Shown: positions 1 through 12,893, numbered from the stretch's first letter. The stretch is DNA of 64,000 bases from an uncultured Gemmatimonadaceae bacterium (GCA_963790305.1 CAWBOC010000006.1:192001-256000), one strand, 5' to 3'. Numbers and translations are program-made. Notes: generated from the letters alone by a model not told the origin.

Positions 1-38
1 TCGCGTCGCCTCGGCGGGCCGCTAGCTCGCTCGCGGAT

Positions 39-1943
39 CTACCGTCGCACGAGATCGACCCAGCCCCCCAGGTTGGCGGCCAGGGCGCTATTACCGTCGG
101 GCAGAACGAGGATCTGTCGCGGCTGCCCCCCCGTGTCTGTGCTCTTCGTGATGGTTGCGGACGCAACGTCCACCACGAGGATGTGACCCGAGTTCGTGGT
201 CACGTACAACGTGTTCCCGTCGGGAGCGATCGCGATTCCAAACGCACCGGCGGCGGCGATGCGACGCGTGGTCGCGCCGGAGACCCGATCCACAAAGACG
301 ATCTCGCTCCTGCTGTCATCGGCGACGTACAACGTCGACCCATTCGGCGCGATCGCGATCCCGTGAGGACGACCGGTCACACTTATCGTGCGCAGCGCGC
401 CTCCCGTGCGCATGTCTACCTCAGTGATGGAGCCGCCGTCCCGCGCAGTCACGTACATCAGCGAATCGCTGGCAGTCGTCCAGAAGGCGATCCCCCAGGG
501 GCCAGCTCCGGTCGTGGTCGTACTCACGATCGTTCGCGAGCCGACGTCGACGGCGAACACGGAGCTGCTCGTGTTCGTGACGTACACGCGGTCGCCACGG
601 GGCGACATCGCCAGTGAGTGCGCGTCGCCCGGAATATCCACGTCGGCAATCTTCGTCATCGACGGCACATCGATCACGGAGAGAACGCCGGTTCCCATGT
701 TGGCCGCGTACGCACGCTGCCCGGCGCCGTCGACGGCGATGACCACCGGAGTTCCCCCCACCGTCGTTACCGCCGAGCGTGAGGGATCGGTCAGCGACGC
801 CCGCTCCACTTGACCAGCGTGGATGAGCGTCACGACAAGCTCGCCCGCCGGTGTGCGTGCGATGCCGAATCCGCCGGCCCGCAGAAAAGCAGCGCGCTCG
901 CTGACATTGCGCGGCCGGATCTGAAAACTGGCTGGCGAAGACGCTCCGGCGATCGACGCATGAACGATGATGTCACCTGTGGATGGCGCGGGAGTCAGGG
1001 TGTTTGTTGCCTCACCGAGCGCATTGGATGCAGAGGTCGGTGTCGCCAGCGTTCCCTGCCCTTGGACGACCGTCCACGTGACGGTCACTCCGCTGAGAAC
1101 GGTCCCCAGGCCATCGCGAACCCCGACACGCAACTGGACTGGGGTGGTCTGACCGATAGCGATTACAAAGTCGCTGTTACCCAACGGGGAAACCGTCGGG
1201 GGGCGCACCTGGACAAAAAAACTGGCTGGCGACGACACCCCGGCGACTGAGGCGCGAACGAGGATGTCACCCGTGGACGGTCCGGGTGTCAGCGTGTTCG
1301 TTGCTTCGCCCTGTGCATTTGTCGAAGACGTCGCGGCAGCCAGCGTCGCCTGGCCTGAGACTACGGTCCAGCTCACCGTCGCTCCGCTGGCCAGGTTCCC
1401 GTGAGCGTCCCAGACGGTCGCACGTAACGGCACCGGGGTCGTCTGGCCGGCCGCGATCGCGACGCCATTACCGGCTGTGGAAAAAATCATCGCCGGAGGT
1501 CCCGACGTGACCGTCGCGACGAAAATCGCGGTATCGAGGAGCGCTCCGGTCAGCGTGTCGAGCACGGTGGCCAGGACTTGCTGCGGACGACCCACAATGG
1601 TGCCCAAGCGCCAGCTCACGGTCGCGATGCCCGCTCCGTTGGTGCGGCTGGTCGCAGGTTCGATCGAGCCTTCGCCCGCAGTCACCGCGAAGGTGACCGG
1701 GATATTCGGTACCCCTCGCCCATTCGCGTCGCTGACCTTGGCCGCGATTGGCGCGAGCAGAGTCCGCCCGGCCATACCTGTCTGTCCATTGCCGGCAGAG
1801 ACCGCGACCGTGGCGGGAGCGCCAATGGGCTCAGGCTCGGTCCCGCCTCCGCCGCACGCGGCGAGAACGAGAACGCAGGCGATCCCTAGCGACTGTGCTG
1901 GAAAGAGCATCCGATGCATGGCGGTGACACTGCGGGTGGGCAC
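39..1943 (-). CDS. Putative surface lipoprotein: three Ig-like (Big_1/invasin-type) domains plus C-terminal YVTN/YncE-type beta-propeller
   Basis: Lipobox VLAAC-GGG; repeated 'V.D..G..v.g..V.w.v..G.g.l....s.Tna.G.At' Ig motifs; propeller repeats (GDRVYVTN, GNTLYVTT, P.GIAI.PDG). True start may be ATG ~1919 or ~1910. Confidence 0.75.
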   Translation of the reverse strand: MPTRSVTAMHRMLFPAQSLGIACVLVLAACGGGGTEPEPIGAPATVAVSAGNGQTGMAGRTLLAPIAAKVSDANGRGVPNIPVTFAVTAGEGSIEPATSRTNGAGIATVSWRLGTIVGRPQQVLATVLDTLTGALLDTAIFVATVTSGPPAMIFSTAGNGVAIAAGQTTPVPLRATVWDAHGNLASGATVSWTVVSGQATLAAATSSTNAQGEATNTLTPGPSTGDILVRASVAGVSSPASFFVQVRPPTVSPLGNSDFVIAIGQTTPVQLRVGVRDGLGTVLSGVTVTWTVVQGQGTLATPTSASNALGEATNTLTPAPSTGDIIVHASIAGASSPASFQIRPRNVSERAAFLRAGGFGIARTPAGELVVTLIHAGQVERASLTDPSRSAVTTVGGTPVVIAVDGAGQRAYAANMGTGVLSVIDVPSMTKIADVDIPGDAHSLAMSPRGDRVYVTNTSSSVFAVDVGSRTIVSTTTTGAGPWGIAFWTTASDSLMYVTARDGGSITEVDMRTGGALRTISVTGRPHGIAIAPNGSTLYVADDSRSEIVFVDRVSGATTRRIAAAGAFGIAIAPDGNTLYVTTNSGHILVVDVASATITKSTDTGGQPRQILVLPDGNSALAANLGGWVDLVRR

Positions 1944-2021
1944 CTAACTAGGGCGGGCGCGACACAATAACGCGCGGCCCAGCCCTGCGCCAGCGGGGTT
2001 CGGATGTGTTACGGTATTGAC

Positions 2022-3029
2022 CTAACGGCCCGCGTCGTCCAGGCGCCGCCGCAGCTCGCGCACTTCGGCACGCTGCGCGGCAATCATTTCCCCGACGAGC
2101 CCACCCACAAACAGCACCGTTCCCACGATCACGCAAAGCACCACGAGATCGATCAACGGCCGGTAGCCGAATCCCGCGAAAATTCTGATTCCTACCAGCG
2201 TGAGGCCGGCCAGAACGCCGATCGCGGCGAGCATCGCGCCGAGCACGCCGAACAGGAGGAGCGGCTTTTGGCCGAAGCGGAGCTCGAACCAGACCGCGAG
2301 CATGTCGAGCACGCCGATCGGAATGCGTCCCAAGCCGAACTTCGACCGGCCGGCGTGGCGCTCGTACAGGGGGACGGGAATCTCCGTGACGCTGAACCCT
2401 TGTGCGGCCGCCACAGCGATCATGTAGCGGTGCCAGTCGGGACGAATGGGGATCGCGTCCATCACCTCGCGCCGATAGGCCTTCACCGAGTTGAGATCGC
2501 GCACGGGAAGCTGGAACAGCTTTCGACTGAGGCCGTTGTAGATCTGCGACACGAATCGCTTCTCGTACTTTCCCTGCTTGTAGCCCGTGACCATGTCGAC
2601 GTCGCCCGAGAGAATGGGCGCGACGAGGCGCGGGATGTCCTCCGGCTTGTACTGCAGGTCAGCCGGATAGAACACGAGCACGCGACCCCGCGCGTGCAGG
2701 TAGCCGGTGCGAAGGGCATCGGCAATTCCCCGCCGAACGCGGTGACGCACGGCCCGGAGGAACGGGAACCGGCTGCGCAGCTCCTCGAGGACGGTCCAGG
2801 AGCCATCGACCGAGCCATCGTCGACGACGATGACCTCGTAGCGCGTGCCGCCACCCGAGAACGCCTCGGCGGCCAGCTCCATGAACAGCGGGAGATTCTC
2901 CGCTTCGTCCTTGGCGGGAACCAGCACGCTCACATCGGGCGCCGACGTCGGCGCGTCCGAAACGGACGAGATGGGAGCTCGCGGTCCAGGGCGGGTAGAC
3001 ACGAGCTCCGGCCCGCGATCGGCGCTCAC
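2022..3029 (-). CDS. Glycosyltransferase family 2, polyprenol-phosphate sugar transferase (ArnC/Dpm1-like)
   Basis: VSVLVPAKDE, VDDGSVD, ADLQYKPEDIP, R.AG.SKFG motifs; two C-terminal TM helices; GTGA overlap with the rpoN stop. Confidence 0.85.
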   Translation of the reverse strand: MSADRGPELVSTRPGPRAPISSVSDAPTSAPDVSVLVPAKDEAENLPLFMELAAEAFSGGGTRYEVIVVDDGSVDGSWTVLEELRSRFPFLRAVRHRVRRGIADALRTGYLHARGRVLVFYPADLQYKPEDIPRLVAPILSGDVDMVTGYKQGKYEKRFVSQIYNGLSRKLFQLPVRDLNSVKAYRREVMDAIPIRPDWHRYMIAVAAAQGFSVTEIPVPLYERHAGRSKFGLGRIPIGVLDMLAVWFELRFGQKPLLLFGVLGAMLAAIGVLAGLTLVGIRIFAGFGYRPLIDLVVLCVIVGTVLFVGGLVGEMIAAQRAEVRELRRRLDDAGR

Positions 3030-4481
3030 ACGCGCTTTCTCATGCGTGCGGACAATACCCCGAGCTGATCGCGGTACTTCGCCACGGTGCGTCGCGCAAT
3101 CTGAACGCCGCTTTCCTTGAGGATGTTGACGATGGCCTGGTCGGTGAGCGGGTGCTTGGGATCCTCCTCCGAAACCAGCTTCTCGATCTGCGCCTTGATG
3201 CCGCGCGCCGACACATCCTCGCCGCCCGTCGTCGACAGACCGGAGGAGAAGAAGAACTTGAGGGGGAGCACGCCACGCGGCGTCTGCACGAACTTTTCGT
3301 TCGTCACACGGCTCACGGTGGACTCGTGCATGTTGATCACCTCCGCCACTTCGCGAAGCGTCAACGGCTTGAGGTACTGGACGCCCTTCTCGAAGAACTC
3401 CCGCTGCCGGTCGACGATGAAGTTCATGACCTTGAGCATCGTCTGCCGCCGCTGCTCGATCGCCTGGATCATCCAGTTCGCCGAGTTGAGCTTGTTCGAG
3501 ATGAACTCCTTGTTCTCGCCTTCGAATTTCTTCTTGTCGCGCGCGATCTCCTGGTACGCCTTGCTGAGCTTGAGCCGCGGGAGATTCGCGTCGTTCAGGA
3601 AAACGTGGTACTTCCCGTCGATCTTCTCGACAATGAGATCGGGGATGATGTAGTTGTCACCGGTATCGCTGTACTTGATGCCCGGCTTCGGGTCGAGCTT
3701 CTGGATCTCGTCCGCCGCCTTTTGCACATCGCTCGGCGAGATGCCGAAGCGCTTCGAGATCTCGCTCCAGCGATGGTTGATCAGCTCGTCGAAGCAGTCG
3801 CGCACGAGCCGGTACGGCACCGATTGCTCGAGACCGGCATCCTTGAGCTGGAGTAACAGGCATTCGCGCAGGTCGCGCGCGCCGACTCCCGGAGGATCGA
3901 GGCCCTGGATGATCGACAGCATTTCCTCGAGCTCGGCACGGCTGTAGATGGGCGCGTCCAGCGGGTCCTGATCCATCTCTTCGGCGGTGCTGCGCACGAG
4001 GTCATTGATGCTGGTGAAGATCTCCTCGATAGGGCACGCCAGGTAGCCATCTTCGTCGATGTTGCCGACGAACTCATCGGCGAGCAGCCGCTGACGCGGA
4101 CTCAGCTCGAGCAGCTGGATCTGATCGCGGAGATGGTCGCCAAGGTCGCGCGTCTCCACGGTGACCGGCTCGTAGTACTCCTTCTCCTCGTGCTCCTCGT
4201 GACGGCCGCCCGCGTCGAACCCGTTGAGGAGAATCTCCTCCCAATCGATCTCATCGTTGGCTTTCTCTTCCGGGCGGGCTCTCCTCGGTCTGACCCTCCT
4301 CCTCGTCGTCTTCCTCCTCCGGCTCGACCATCTCGAGGAACGGATTGTTCATCAGCTCCTGCTTCAGATGCTGCTGAAGATCGAGCAGGGGCATGTACAG
4401 GAGATCCATCGCCTGATACAGGCGTGGATTGATCTTGATCTCCTGCTTGAGCTGCGTGCTCTGAGAGATTCCCGCTTTCAT
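3026..4481 (-). CDS. rpoN: RNA polymerase sigma-54 factor (one +1 frameshift near 4272)
   Basis: Region I (LYQAMDLLYMPLLDLQQ...NPFLE) in ORF 4251-4481; core, HTH (MHESTVSR) and RpoN box ARRTVAKYR in ORF 3026-4159. Confidence 0.95.
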
Positions 4482-4517
4482 GAATCCATCAACTCGCTGT
4501 AAAGGCTCGGCGCCGCA

Positions 4518-5748
4518 TCAGTCGGCTGCGGGATCGACTTCGCCCTGCCCCGCCGCCGAGAACCGCGTGCGCAAGCGCGCGGTCAGCGTTGGACCCAGGT
4601 AGATCTTCGCCACGGTGTCGTCGAACACGAGCTCGCGTACGGTGCCCGATACCTTGACCTGCCCATCGAACATTATGTAGGCCCGGTCGACGATGTCGAG
4701 AGTCTGCTCCACGTTGTGGTCACTGATCAGCACGCCGATACCGCGGTGGCGCAGCCCGGCAACGATGGTCTGAATGTCGTGCACCGCGATCGGGTCGACG
4801 CCCGCGAACGGCTCATCGAGCATCATGAACTTCGGCTCGGTGACGAGCGCGCGCGTAATCTCCAACCGCCGGCGCTCTCCACCCGAGAGCGCGTAGGCCT
4901 TGCTCTGTCGCAAATGCTTGATGCTGAGCTCGTCGAGCAACCGCTCGAGCCGAGCGCGCCGCTCCTGATCCTGACAGCGGCATGGTCTCCAGAATCGCCA
5001 GGATGTTCTCCTCGACCGTGAGCTTCCTGAAGATCGAGGGTTCCTGGGAGAGATAGCCGATGCCCAGCCGTGCCCGCTGGTACATCGGCATGTCGGTGAT
5101 GTCGCGACCATCGAGCACGATTCGGCCTTCCTGCGGCTTGATCAGCCCGACGATCATGTAGAACGTGGTCGTTTTACCCGCCCCATTGGGGCCCAACAGC
5201 CCGACGATCTCCCCCTGTTGCAATCGCAAGGCCACATCGTTGACGACTCTGCGTCGTCGATACGTCTTGACGAGCCCCTGCGCTTCGAGCACGGAGCCCA
5301 GCGGTGCCGCCTGCGCGACCGGATGCGTTCCGGTCGTGATAGCGATCTGCTCGCCGGACTGCCGGAGCACATCGGCAACCTGCACGCGCTGCGGCCGGAT
5401 CTCGGCCCACACGCGGTCGGAGATCTTGATGCGCGCGTCAGGCGAAGCCAGCCCCGACAACGGAACAATGACGCCTTCAGCCGCGAGCCGCGGCAATACG
5501 GACGCCGCCAGATGCTGCCGTACCTCGTCGAGGCTGAGCCGGCCGCCCTCGAGTTGCGCGTCGCGTCCCTCCGCGCGTACGACGTCGAGGTGATCCTCGC
5601 GGTAACAAGTCGCGACGTCGTTGAAGATGGCGGTGCCGGTGTCGTCCGCGGCGCAGATGAGCGCGTGCAGCGCCAGGGCCGTCGACCGGTTGCCCTGCGA
5701 CAGGCGGCCGATGATCTGCTCGAGCCGTTGAGGAAGCTGATCGCTCAT
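4518..5748 (-). CDS. lptB: LPS export ABC ATPase LptB with ~150-aa N-terminal extension (one +1 frameshift near 4973)
   Basis: [60 protein letters not shown] and ATGA coupling to the upstream lptA-like gene. Confidence 0.9.
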
Positions 5749-7124
5749 GGCGTCCTCCTCGGTGGGCGGGGTTGAGGACGTGCGGCTGGGAGCGAGTCGC
5801 GGGGGGCACTCAACGTCGTGTCGGCGGCCGCAGTCGGTGCTTCGAGGTACACCCCTGCCGCTTGCTCCGTGATGCTGACCTGCTCGACCTCCTGATCCTG
5901 AAAGGTGACCGTAATGACACGGCCACGCACGTAGTTGATCGCCGGCGGAGCATCGCGGCCTTCGCGCGTCGCCACCTGGTAGAACGACCGCGCATCTCCA
6001 TGTGCGACGAGGTCGCGTATGCGCGGTCGCCGTGTCGTATCCTGCGGTGCCTTTATTGTGTCGAATCGTGCGACAATGGTGTCGCCGCGAAGCCAATCCT
6101 TTTCCGTCGAGCGTACGCGCGTCGAATCGGGGGTGCTCTGCGCGAATGCGTCACGCACCGCGAACACTTCGCGCACGCGCTGCCCGGGCATGCGCACGTC
6201 CAGCGAATCGGCGACGATGTCGTACTCCGGTGACACCGCGCGCGCGCGCGAGCGCCCCCAGGCGTACACACGGTCCATCTGACTCTCCGTCAAACGCAGG
6301 TCGAGCGTATCGGCGGTGAGCGTGACGTCACGACTGACTGCGCGGGCCCGCCCGGACGAGACGACGCGTGACAGCGTGCGCTGCGTTCCGTAGAGCTCGA
6401 CGAGTGTGCCGGTGAGCGTAAAGGGATCCTCACCCTTCCCGTCGATCTGCGGCGCCTTCATGAGCCGGGCGTACTCACGCCCGCTATCCATGAATGCCGA
6501 ATCGCCACGCGCTACCACATCCGTCCGGGTGATTACGACGCGACCGGACGCGTACACGAGGCTGTCGTTATCCATGATGACCGTGTTCGCGACGAGCGTC
6601 GTCGGATCGCTGCGGCGCCCAGTGGAGTCGGTCTCGACCAGGAGAATCGTCGGCCGTCGTGGCGCGATCATGCGTGATGACCGGCGAATCCCCGGTGCTG
6701 GACGGTAGTAGTCGGCCTCCGGACCGGTCAGCTTGGTCCCGCTCGGGAGCGTCGCCTCGACATTACCCTCGGCGCGCAGGTGCTCATCGTTCAACCAGTA
6801 CGTGAGGCGCCTCGACCGGAGCGTGAGGCGCGGCTCCCGATAATCCACGTTGCCAATGAGATACAGCAGCCGGGCATCCCCGTAGTACTCGACGCTGTCA
6901 GCGACGACCGTGATTTGCTGTGCCTGACACTCCCCTTCCGCGCGACGACCGAGATACCAGTTGAAGAGTCCGCTTGGCTGGCGCACCATGTTCAACGGTG
7001 ATCCGGCACGGCTGCGAAATACGAAGAGACACTGATCGGAGCGCGCCTCCTGTGCCGCGAGCGATTCGCTTGCGGCGAGGAGCAGTGCGACGGCGCCGAG
7101 GCGCACGAACGACGCGCGCGTCAT
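5745..7124 (-). CDS. Long OstA/LptA-like periplasmic beta-jellyroll protein
   Basis: Signal peptide; repeated OstA-like segments (ADSVEYY...LYLIGNV); position between lptC and lptB. Confidence 0.7.
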   Translation of the reverse strand: MTRASFVRLGAVALLLAASESLAAQEARSDQCLFVFRSRAGSPLNMVRQPSGLFNWYLGRRAEGECQAQQITVVADSVEYYGDARLLYLIGNVDYREPRLTLRSRRLTYWLNDEHLRAEGNVEATLPSGTKLTGPEADYYRPAPGIRRSSRMIAPRRPTILLVETDSTGRRSDPTTLVANTVIMDNDSLVYASGRVVITRTDVVARGDSAFMDSGREYARLMKAPQIDGKGEDPFTLTGTLVELYGTQRTLSRVVSSGRARAVSRDVTLTADTLDLRLTESQMDRVYAWGRSRARAVSPEYDIVADSLDVRMPGQRVREVFAVRDAFAQSTPDSTRVRSTEKDWLRGDTIVARFDTIKAPQDTTRRPRIRDLVAHGDARSFYQVATREGRDAPPAINYVRGRVITVTFQDQEVEQVSITEQAAGVYLEAPTAAADTTLSAPRDSLPAARPQPRPPRRTP

Positions 7125-7741
7125 TGCGGAGGGGCGGCGGGCGGACGATTCGGGCGTGCCGAATCGTTAGGAGTGGCGGGGCGCGTCGGCGATCGCGGCG
7201 TTCCGAGATCCCCCGTCGAGACGGCCCCCTGCCCTTCAATGAGTCGGTGCACACGAACGTTGTTCATGTTCGGGTCGGAGGTGAATCCGACGCCCTCGAG
7301 ACGTCGCCCAGGCTCCGTGAGCACGAAGGCGCTATCGCTCGAGATCTCGTTGCGGATCTGATCGTATCGAAGCTGCTCGGTCGTCAAACGCCGACCATCC
7401 TCGGTGACGACGACCACGTTGCCCCGCGCTTCCATCCGCGACTGCCGCGTGTTGTACGTCCCCTCCTTGCCCGTGAGCACGGAGTTCCGTTCACCGGTGC
7501 GCGTATAGAAGGTGAGCTTCACGACGCGCAGCTCGATGCGGGTGTTCTCGTCGAAGAAGAAGGCGGTATCACCCTCCAGCTCGGCGTTCAACACACCTCG
7601 ATCGGTGAGCAGCGTGCTGATGCCGTACATCATCTGGTCCGCCGAATCCGCCATGGCCGAGCCGCTCACCCGAGGTGGGGCTGTGCCGTCGCCCGTACAG
7701 GCGAGCAGGAAACCAACGATCCACAAGGCGTGCGCCCTCAC
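7121..7741 (-). CDS. lptC: LPS export protein LptC (lipoprotein-type N-terminus LLAC)
   Basis: MEARGNVVV...LTTEQLRYD...ISSD...LEGVGF.SD motif; synteny kdsD-lptC-lptA-lptB. Confidence 0.85.
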   Translation of the reverse strand: MRAHALWIVGFLLACTGDGTAPPRVSGSAMADSADQMMYGISTLLTDRGVLNAELEGDTAFFFDENTRIELRVVKLTFYTRTGERNSVLTGKEGTYNTRQSRMEARGNVVVVTEDGRRLTTEQLRYDQIRNEISSDSAFVLTEPGRRLEGVGFTSDPNMNNVRVHRLIEGQGAVSTGDLGTPRSPTRPATPNDSARPNRPPAAPPQ

Positions 7742-8712
7742 ACGACACCCGCGCGCATGAGGTCGTGCAGGTGAACCATTCCGACGAGTCGCCCTTCGTC
7801 GTCGGTAACGGGCATCGCCATCACTCCATGCTGCTGCATTCGGTACACGACGGCGCTTCCAAGCTCCCCATCGCGGGCAAGCTTTGGCGTGCGGTTCATC
7901 ACGGCGTCCACCCCACGATCCATGAAGTCGCGCTCGCGCTCCATGAGTCGCGTGAGATCGCCAGCGGTCAGCACGCCGACTACCTGTCGCTGGCCATCCA
8001 CGATCGCTACGGTGCCCCGACGCTCGGCCAGCTGCACCACCGCTTCGCGCATCGTGGCGGTGGGCGGAAGGGCCGCCAGTGGCGACGTGACCATCACGTC
8101 CGACACGCGAGTGAGCAGCTGACGTCCCAGCGCCCCACCGGGGTGCAGGCGCGCGAAATCCTCGCGACGAAACGCCTTCCGCTCGAGCAGCACCACCGCG
8201 AGGGCGTCACCGAGTGCCAACGCGACGGTAGTGCTCGTCGTCGGCGCGAGATCGTGAGGACATGCTTCCTCGCGGACCCAGGTGTCGATCACGACGTCGG
8301 CATGCCTGCCCAGGGCTGAGTCGGCGGTGCCGGTAAAAGCAACGATGCGCACTCCAACGCGCTTGAGGTGATCGAGCAGCGGAAGGAGCTCTTGTGTCTC
8401 TCCGCTCTTCGACAGCATGATCGCGACGTCGTCCGGCCCTACGATGCCGAGATCGCCATGAACGCTCTCGACGGGATGGACGAAGGTGGCTGGCGTGCCC
8501 GTCGAGGTGAGTGTCGCGGCGATCTTGCGCCCGACGATCCCCGACTTGCCAACGCCCGTGACAATGACGCGACCGCTGGAGCTCGCAATGAGCTCGACCG
8601 CGCGCGTGAACCGCTCATCGAGACGTCGCTCCGCCTCGGCGAGGGCTTCGCGCTCCATACGCAACACCGCGCGACCCCGCTCGATCAATGGATCCGCCGC
8701 GACCGCCTTCAC
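7738..8712 (-). CDS. kdsD: Arabinose-5-phosphate isomerase (SIS + CBS)
   Basis: GVGKSG, HGDLG, EACPHDLAPTTST, HPGGALG, C-terminal CBS pair. Confidence 0.95.
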   Translation of the reverse strand: MKAVAADPLIERGRAVLRMEREALAEAERRLDERFTRAVELIASSSGRVIVTGVGKSGIVGRKIAATLTSTGTPATFVHPVESVHGDLGIVGPDDVAIMLSKSGETQELLPLLDHLKRVGVRIVAFTGTADSALGRHADVVIDTWVREEACPHDLAPTTSTTVALALGDALAVVLLERKAFRREDFARLHPGGALGRQLLTRVSDVMVTSPLAALPPTATMREAVVQLAERRGTVAIVDGQRQVVGVLTAGDLTRLMERERDFMDRGVDAVMNRTPKLARDGELGSAVVYRMQQHGVMAMPVTDDEGRLVGMVHLHDLMRAGVV

Positions 8713-9275
8713 CGCAAGACCTCGAGCGTGGGTGCCGAACGCTCGGTGACATAGCGCTCGACGATGTCATCCCAGTCACCACGTGCCTTGAGCAACAGCT
8801 CTGCGCATTCACGGACGGCGCCGCGTCCGCCGGTTTTCGTCAGGGATACCTGCGCGATCGCCTTGATCTCCGGCACGGCGTTGGCGACGGCAATCGGGAG
8901 CGCTACGGCGCGCATGATGCCCATGTCCGGAAAGTCGTCGCCGACGAACGCCGCGTCCTCCATGCGCAAGTCGTGACGATCGAGAATGCGCTGGAAGGCG
9001 GGGAGTTTTCTCGCCAGCGCGTCCTGCACGACATCGTCGATCTCCAGCTCGTTCGCGCGAATGCGCACGCTCTCGGAGACACGGCCCGTGACCACGCACA
9101 CGCGGATGCCGGCATCGCGCAGGAAGCGCACCCCTAGCCCGTCCTGGATGTCGTAGCGCTTGAGCTCCACGTGGGAGCCGTTGGCGTCGCCGATGTACAG
9201 ACCACCATCGGTGAGCACGCCATCGACATCGAGGCCGATGATCCGGATGCGCTTGGCGAGGGCGCGGTCGATCAC
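8709..9275 (-). CDS. kdsC: KDO-8-phosphate phosphatase
   Basis: DVDGVLTDG, DGLG, VGDD..D, GGRGAVRE. Confidence 0.95.
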   Translation of the reverse strand: MIDRALAKRIRIIGLDVDGVLTDGGLYIGDANGSHVELKRYDIQDGLGVRFLRDAGIRVCVVTGRVSESVRIRANELEIDDVVQDALARKLPAFQRILDRHDLRMEDAAFVGDDFPDMGIMRAVALPIAVANAVPEIKAIAQVSLTKTGGRGAVRECAELLLKARGDWDDIVERYVTERSAPTLEVLR

Positions 9276-10153
9276 GCTGACACCACGGTCCAGATGTCGA
9301 TCGCGCGCGCGACGACCGCGTCGAGGTCCCGCAGCGGCAGCATGTTGGGGCCGTCACTCGGTGCGGTGTCCGGCGTAGGATGCGTCTCGAGAAAGAGGCC
9401 GTTCGCGCCGGCGGCTACCGCCGCCATTGTGAGCGCGGCAATGTGCTCGCGAGCGCCTCCGCTTGCGCCACCCTCGCCGCGTCCAGGCTGCTGCACGGAG
9501 TGCGTCCCATCGAAGATCACCGGAGCTTCACACGCCTCACGCATGCGCGCGAACGATCGCATGTCCACGACGAGATCACCGTAGCCGAAAAACGTCCCGC
9601 GTTCAGTCACGGCGATTTCAGACGCGCCTGGCGCGTCTGAAATCGCTTGTTCATCGAATCGCTGGTTGCCTGCGGCAACCAGCCTTGCTCCTTCCGCCCG
9701 CCGACCGCCCGCGCGACGAACCTTGTTCACCGCGCCGCGCATCCCTTCGGGATGCATCCATTGTCCCTTCTTCACATTCACCGGCTTGCCTGTAGCGCCG
9801 GCCGCCTCGAGCAGGTCCGTTTGACGACAGAGAAAGGCAGGAATCTGCAGGACGTCGGCAACTTCCGCCGCGGCGGCGCATTGCTCCGGGAGGTGGACAT
9901 CGGTGAGCACACGCAGTCCGGTCGCGCGCTTGACGTGCTCCAGCGCGCGCAGACCCTCGTCCATTCCCGGCCCTCGCGCCGCACCAGCGTTGGATCGATT
10001 GGCCTTGTCGAAGCTTGCCTTGTAGATCACGCCACCCGGTACGCGCTCGCTCAGCCGGGCGAGATGCTCACCCACACGGACGTTGAGCGCATCGCTCTCG
10101 ACCACGCATGGGCCGGCGATGAGAAAGAGCGCGTCGTCCGGAAAGGTGCGCAC
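9272..10153 (-). CDS. kdsA: KDO-8-phosphate synthase carrying a ~28-aa insertion
   Basis: IAGPCV, KASFDKANRS, QIPAFLCRQTDL, TERG..FGY..LVVD, FDGTHSVQ.PG, SDGPN. Confidence 0.95.
   Translation of the reverse strand: MRTFPDDALFLIAGPCVVESDALNVRVGEHLARLSERVPGGVIYKASFDKANRSNAGAARGPGMDEGLRALEHVKRATGLRVLTDVHLPEQCAAAAEVADVLQIPAFLCRQTDLLEAAGATGKPVNVKKGQWMHPEGMRGAVNKVRRAGGRRAEGARLVAAGNQRFDEQAISDAPGASEIAVTERGTFFGYGDLVVDMRSFARMREACEAPVIFDGTHSVQQPGRGEGGASGGAREHIAALTMAAVAAGANGLFLETHPTPDTAPSDGPNMLPLRDLDAVVARAIDIWTVVSA
9612..9683. repeat. Two adjacent perfect inverted repeats inside the kdsA insertion
   Basis: gcgatttcagacgcgcc-t-ggcgcgtctgaaatcgc (9612-9646, 17 bp arms) and gctggttgcc-tgc-ggcaaccagc (9661-9683, 10 bp arms). 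Confidence 0.85.
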
Positions 10154-10155
10154 GT

Positions 10156-12598
<2,443 letters not shown>

Positions 12599-12642
12599 GG
12601 GCCGAGAGGAAGCGCGCGCGGCGCTGCAAGATTCACACCACG

Positions 12643-12671
12643 AGTATATCGCCTACCGCGCGAAAACGCAA
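12643..12671 (-). promoter_or_regulatory. Sigma70-type promoter for the kdsB-pyrG-kds-lpt-rpoN operon
   Basis: Minus strand TTGCGT-N17-TATACT. Confidence 0.6.
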
Positions 12672-12678
12672 ACCCGCC

Positions 12679-12882
12679 TCATGCTTCGCGTTTCTGGCGG
12701 CATTCGACGCAGGTGGCGCGACCGGTGAGCGCCGCCCGCCAGCGGCTCAGCAGGTCGCCGTGCAGGTCCGCCGGACAGAGGATGCGGTCGCAGCGCTGAC
12801 ACAGGCCTCCCTTGATTGGCTCGAATGGGAGGCCGCAGCGCTCGCACTCCATGTACACCGTAGGAGACCGCTTCATCATCAT
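12679..12882 (-). CDS. Small Cys-rich putative zinc-binding protein (~67 aa)
   Basis: CERC...CQRCDRILCPADLH...CVEC; own upstream promoter-like element. Confidence 0.6.
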   Translation of the reverse strand: MMMKRSPTVYMECERCGLPFEPIKGGLCQRCDRILCPADLHGDLLSRWRAALTGRATCVECRQKREA

Positions 12883-12893
12883 GCTCACGCGCC

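Noticed and set aside
1935..2030. Integron attC/attI-like site (GTTAGGT twice on the minus strand, one abutting the lipoprotein start)
   Set aside because: No convincing L'/L'' pairing, no RYYYAAC after the gene's stop within the window, no integron integrase
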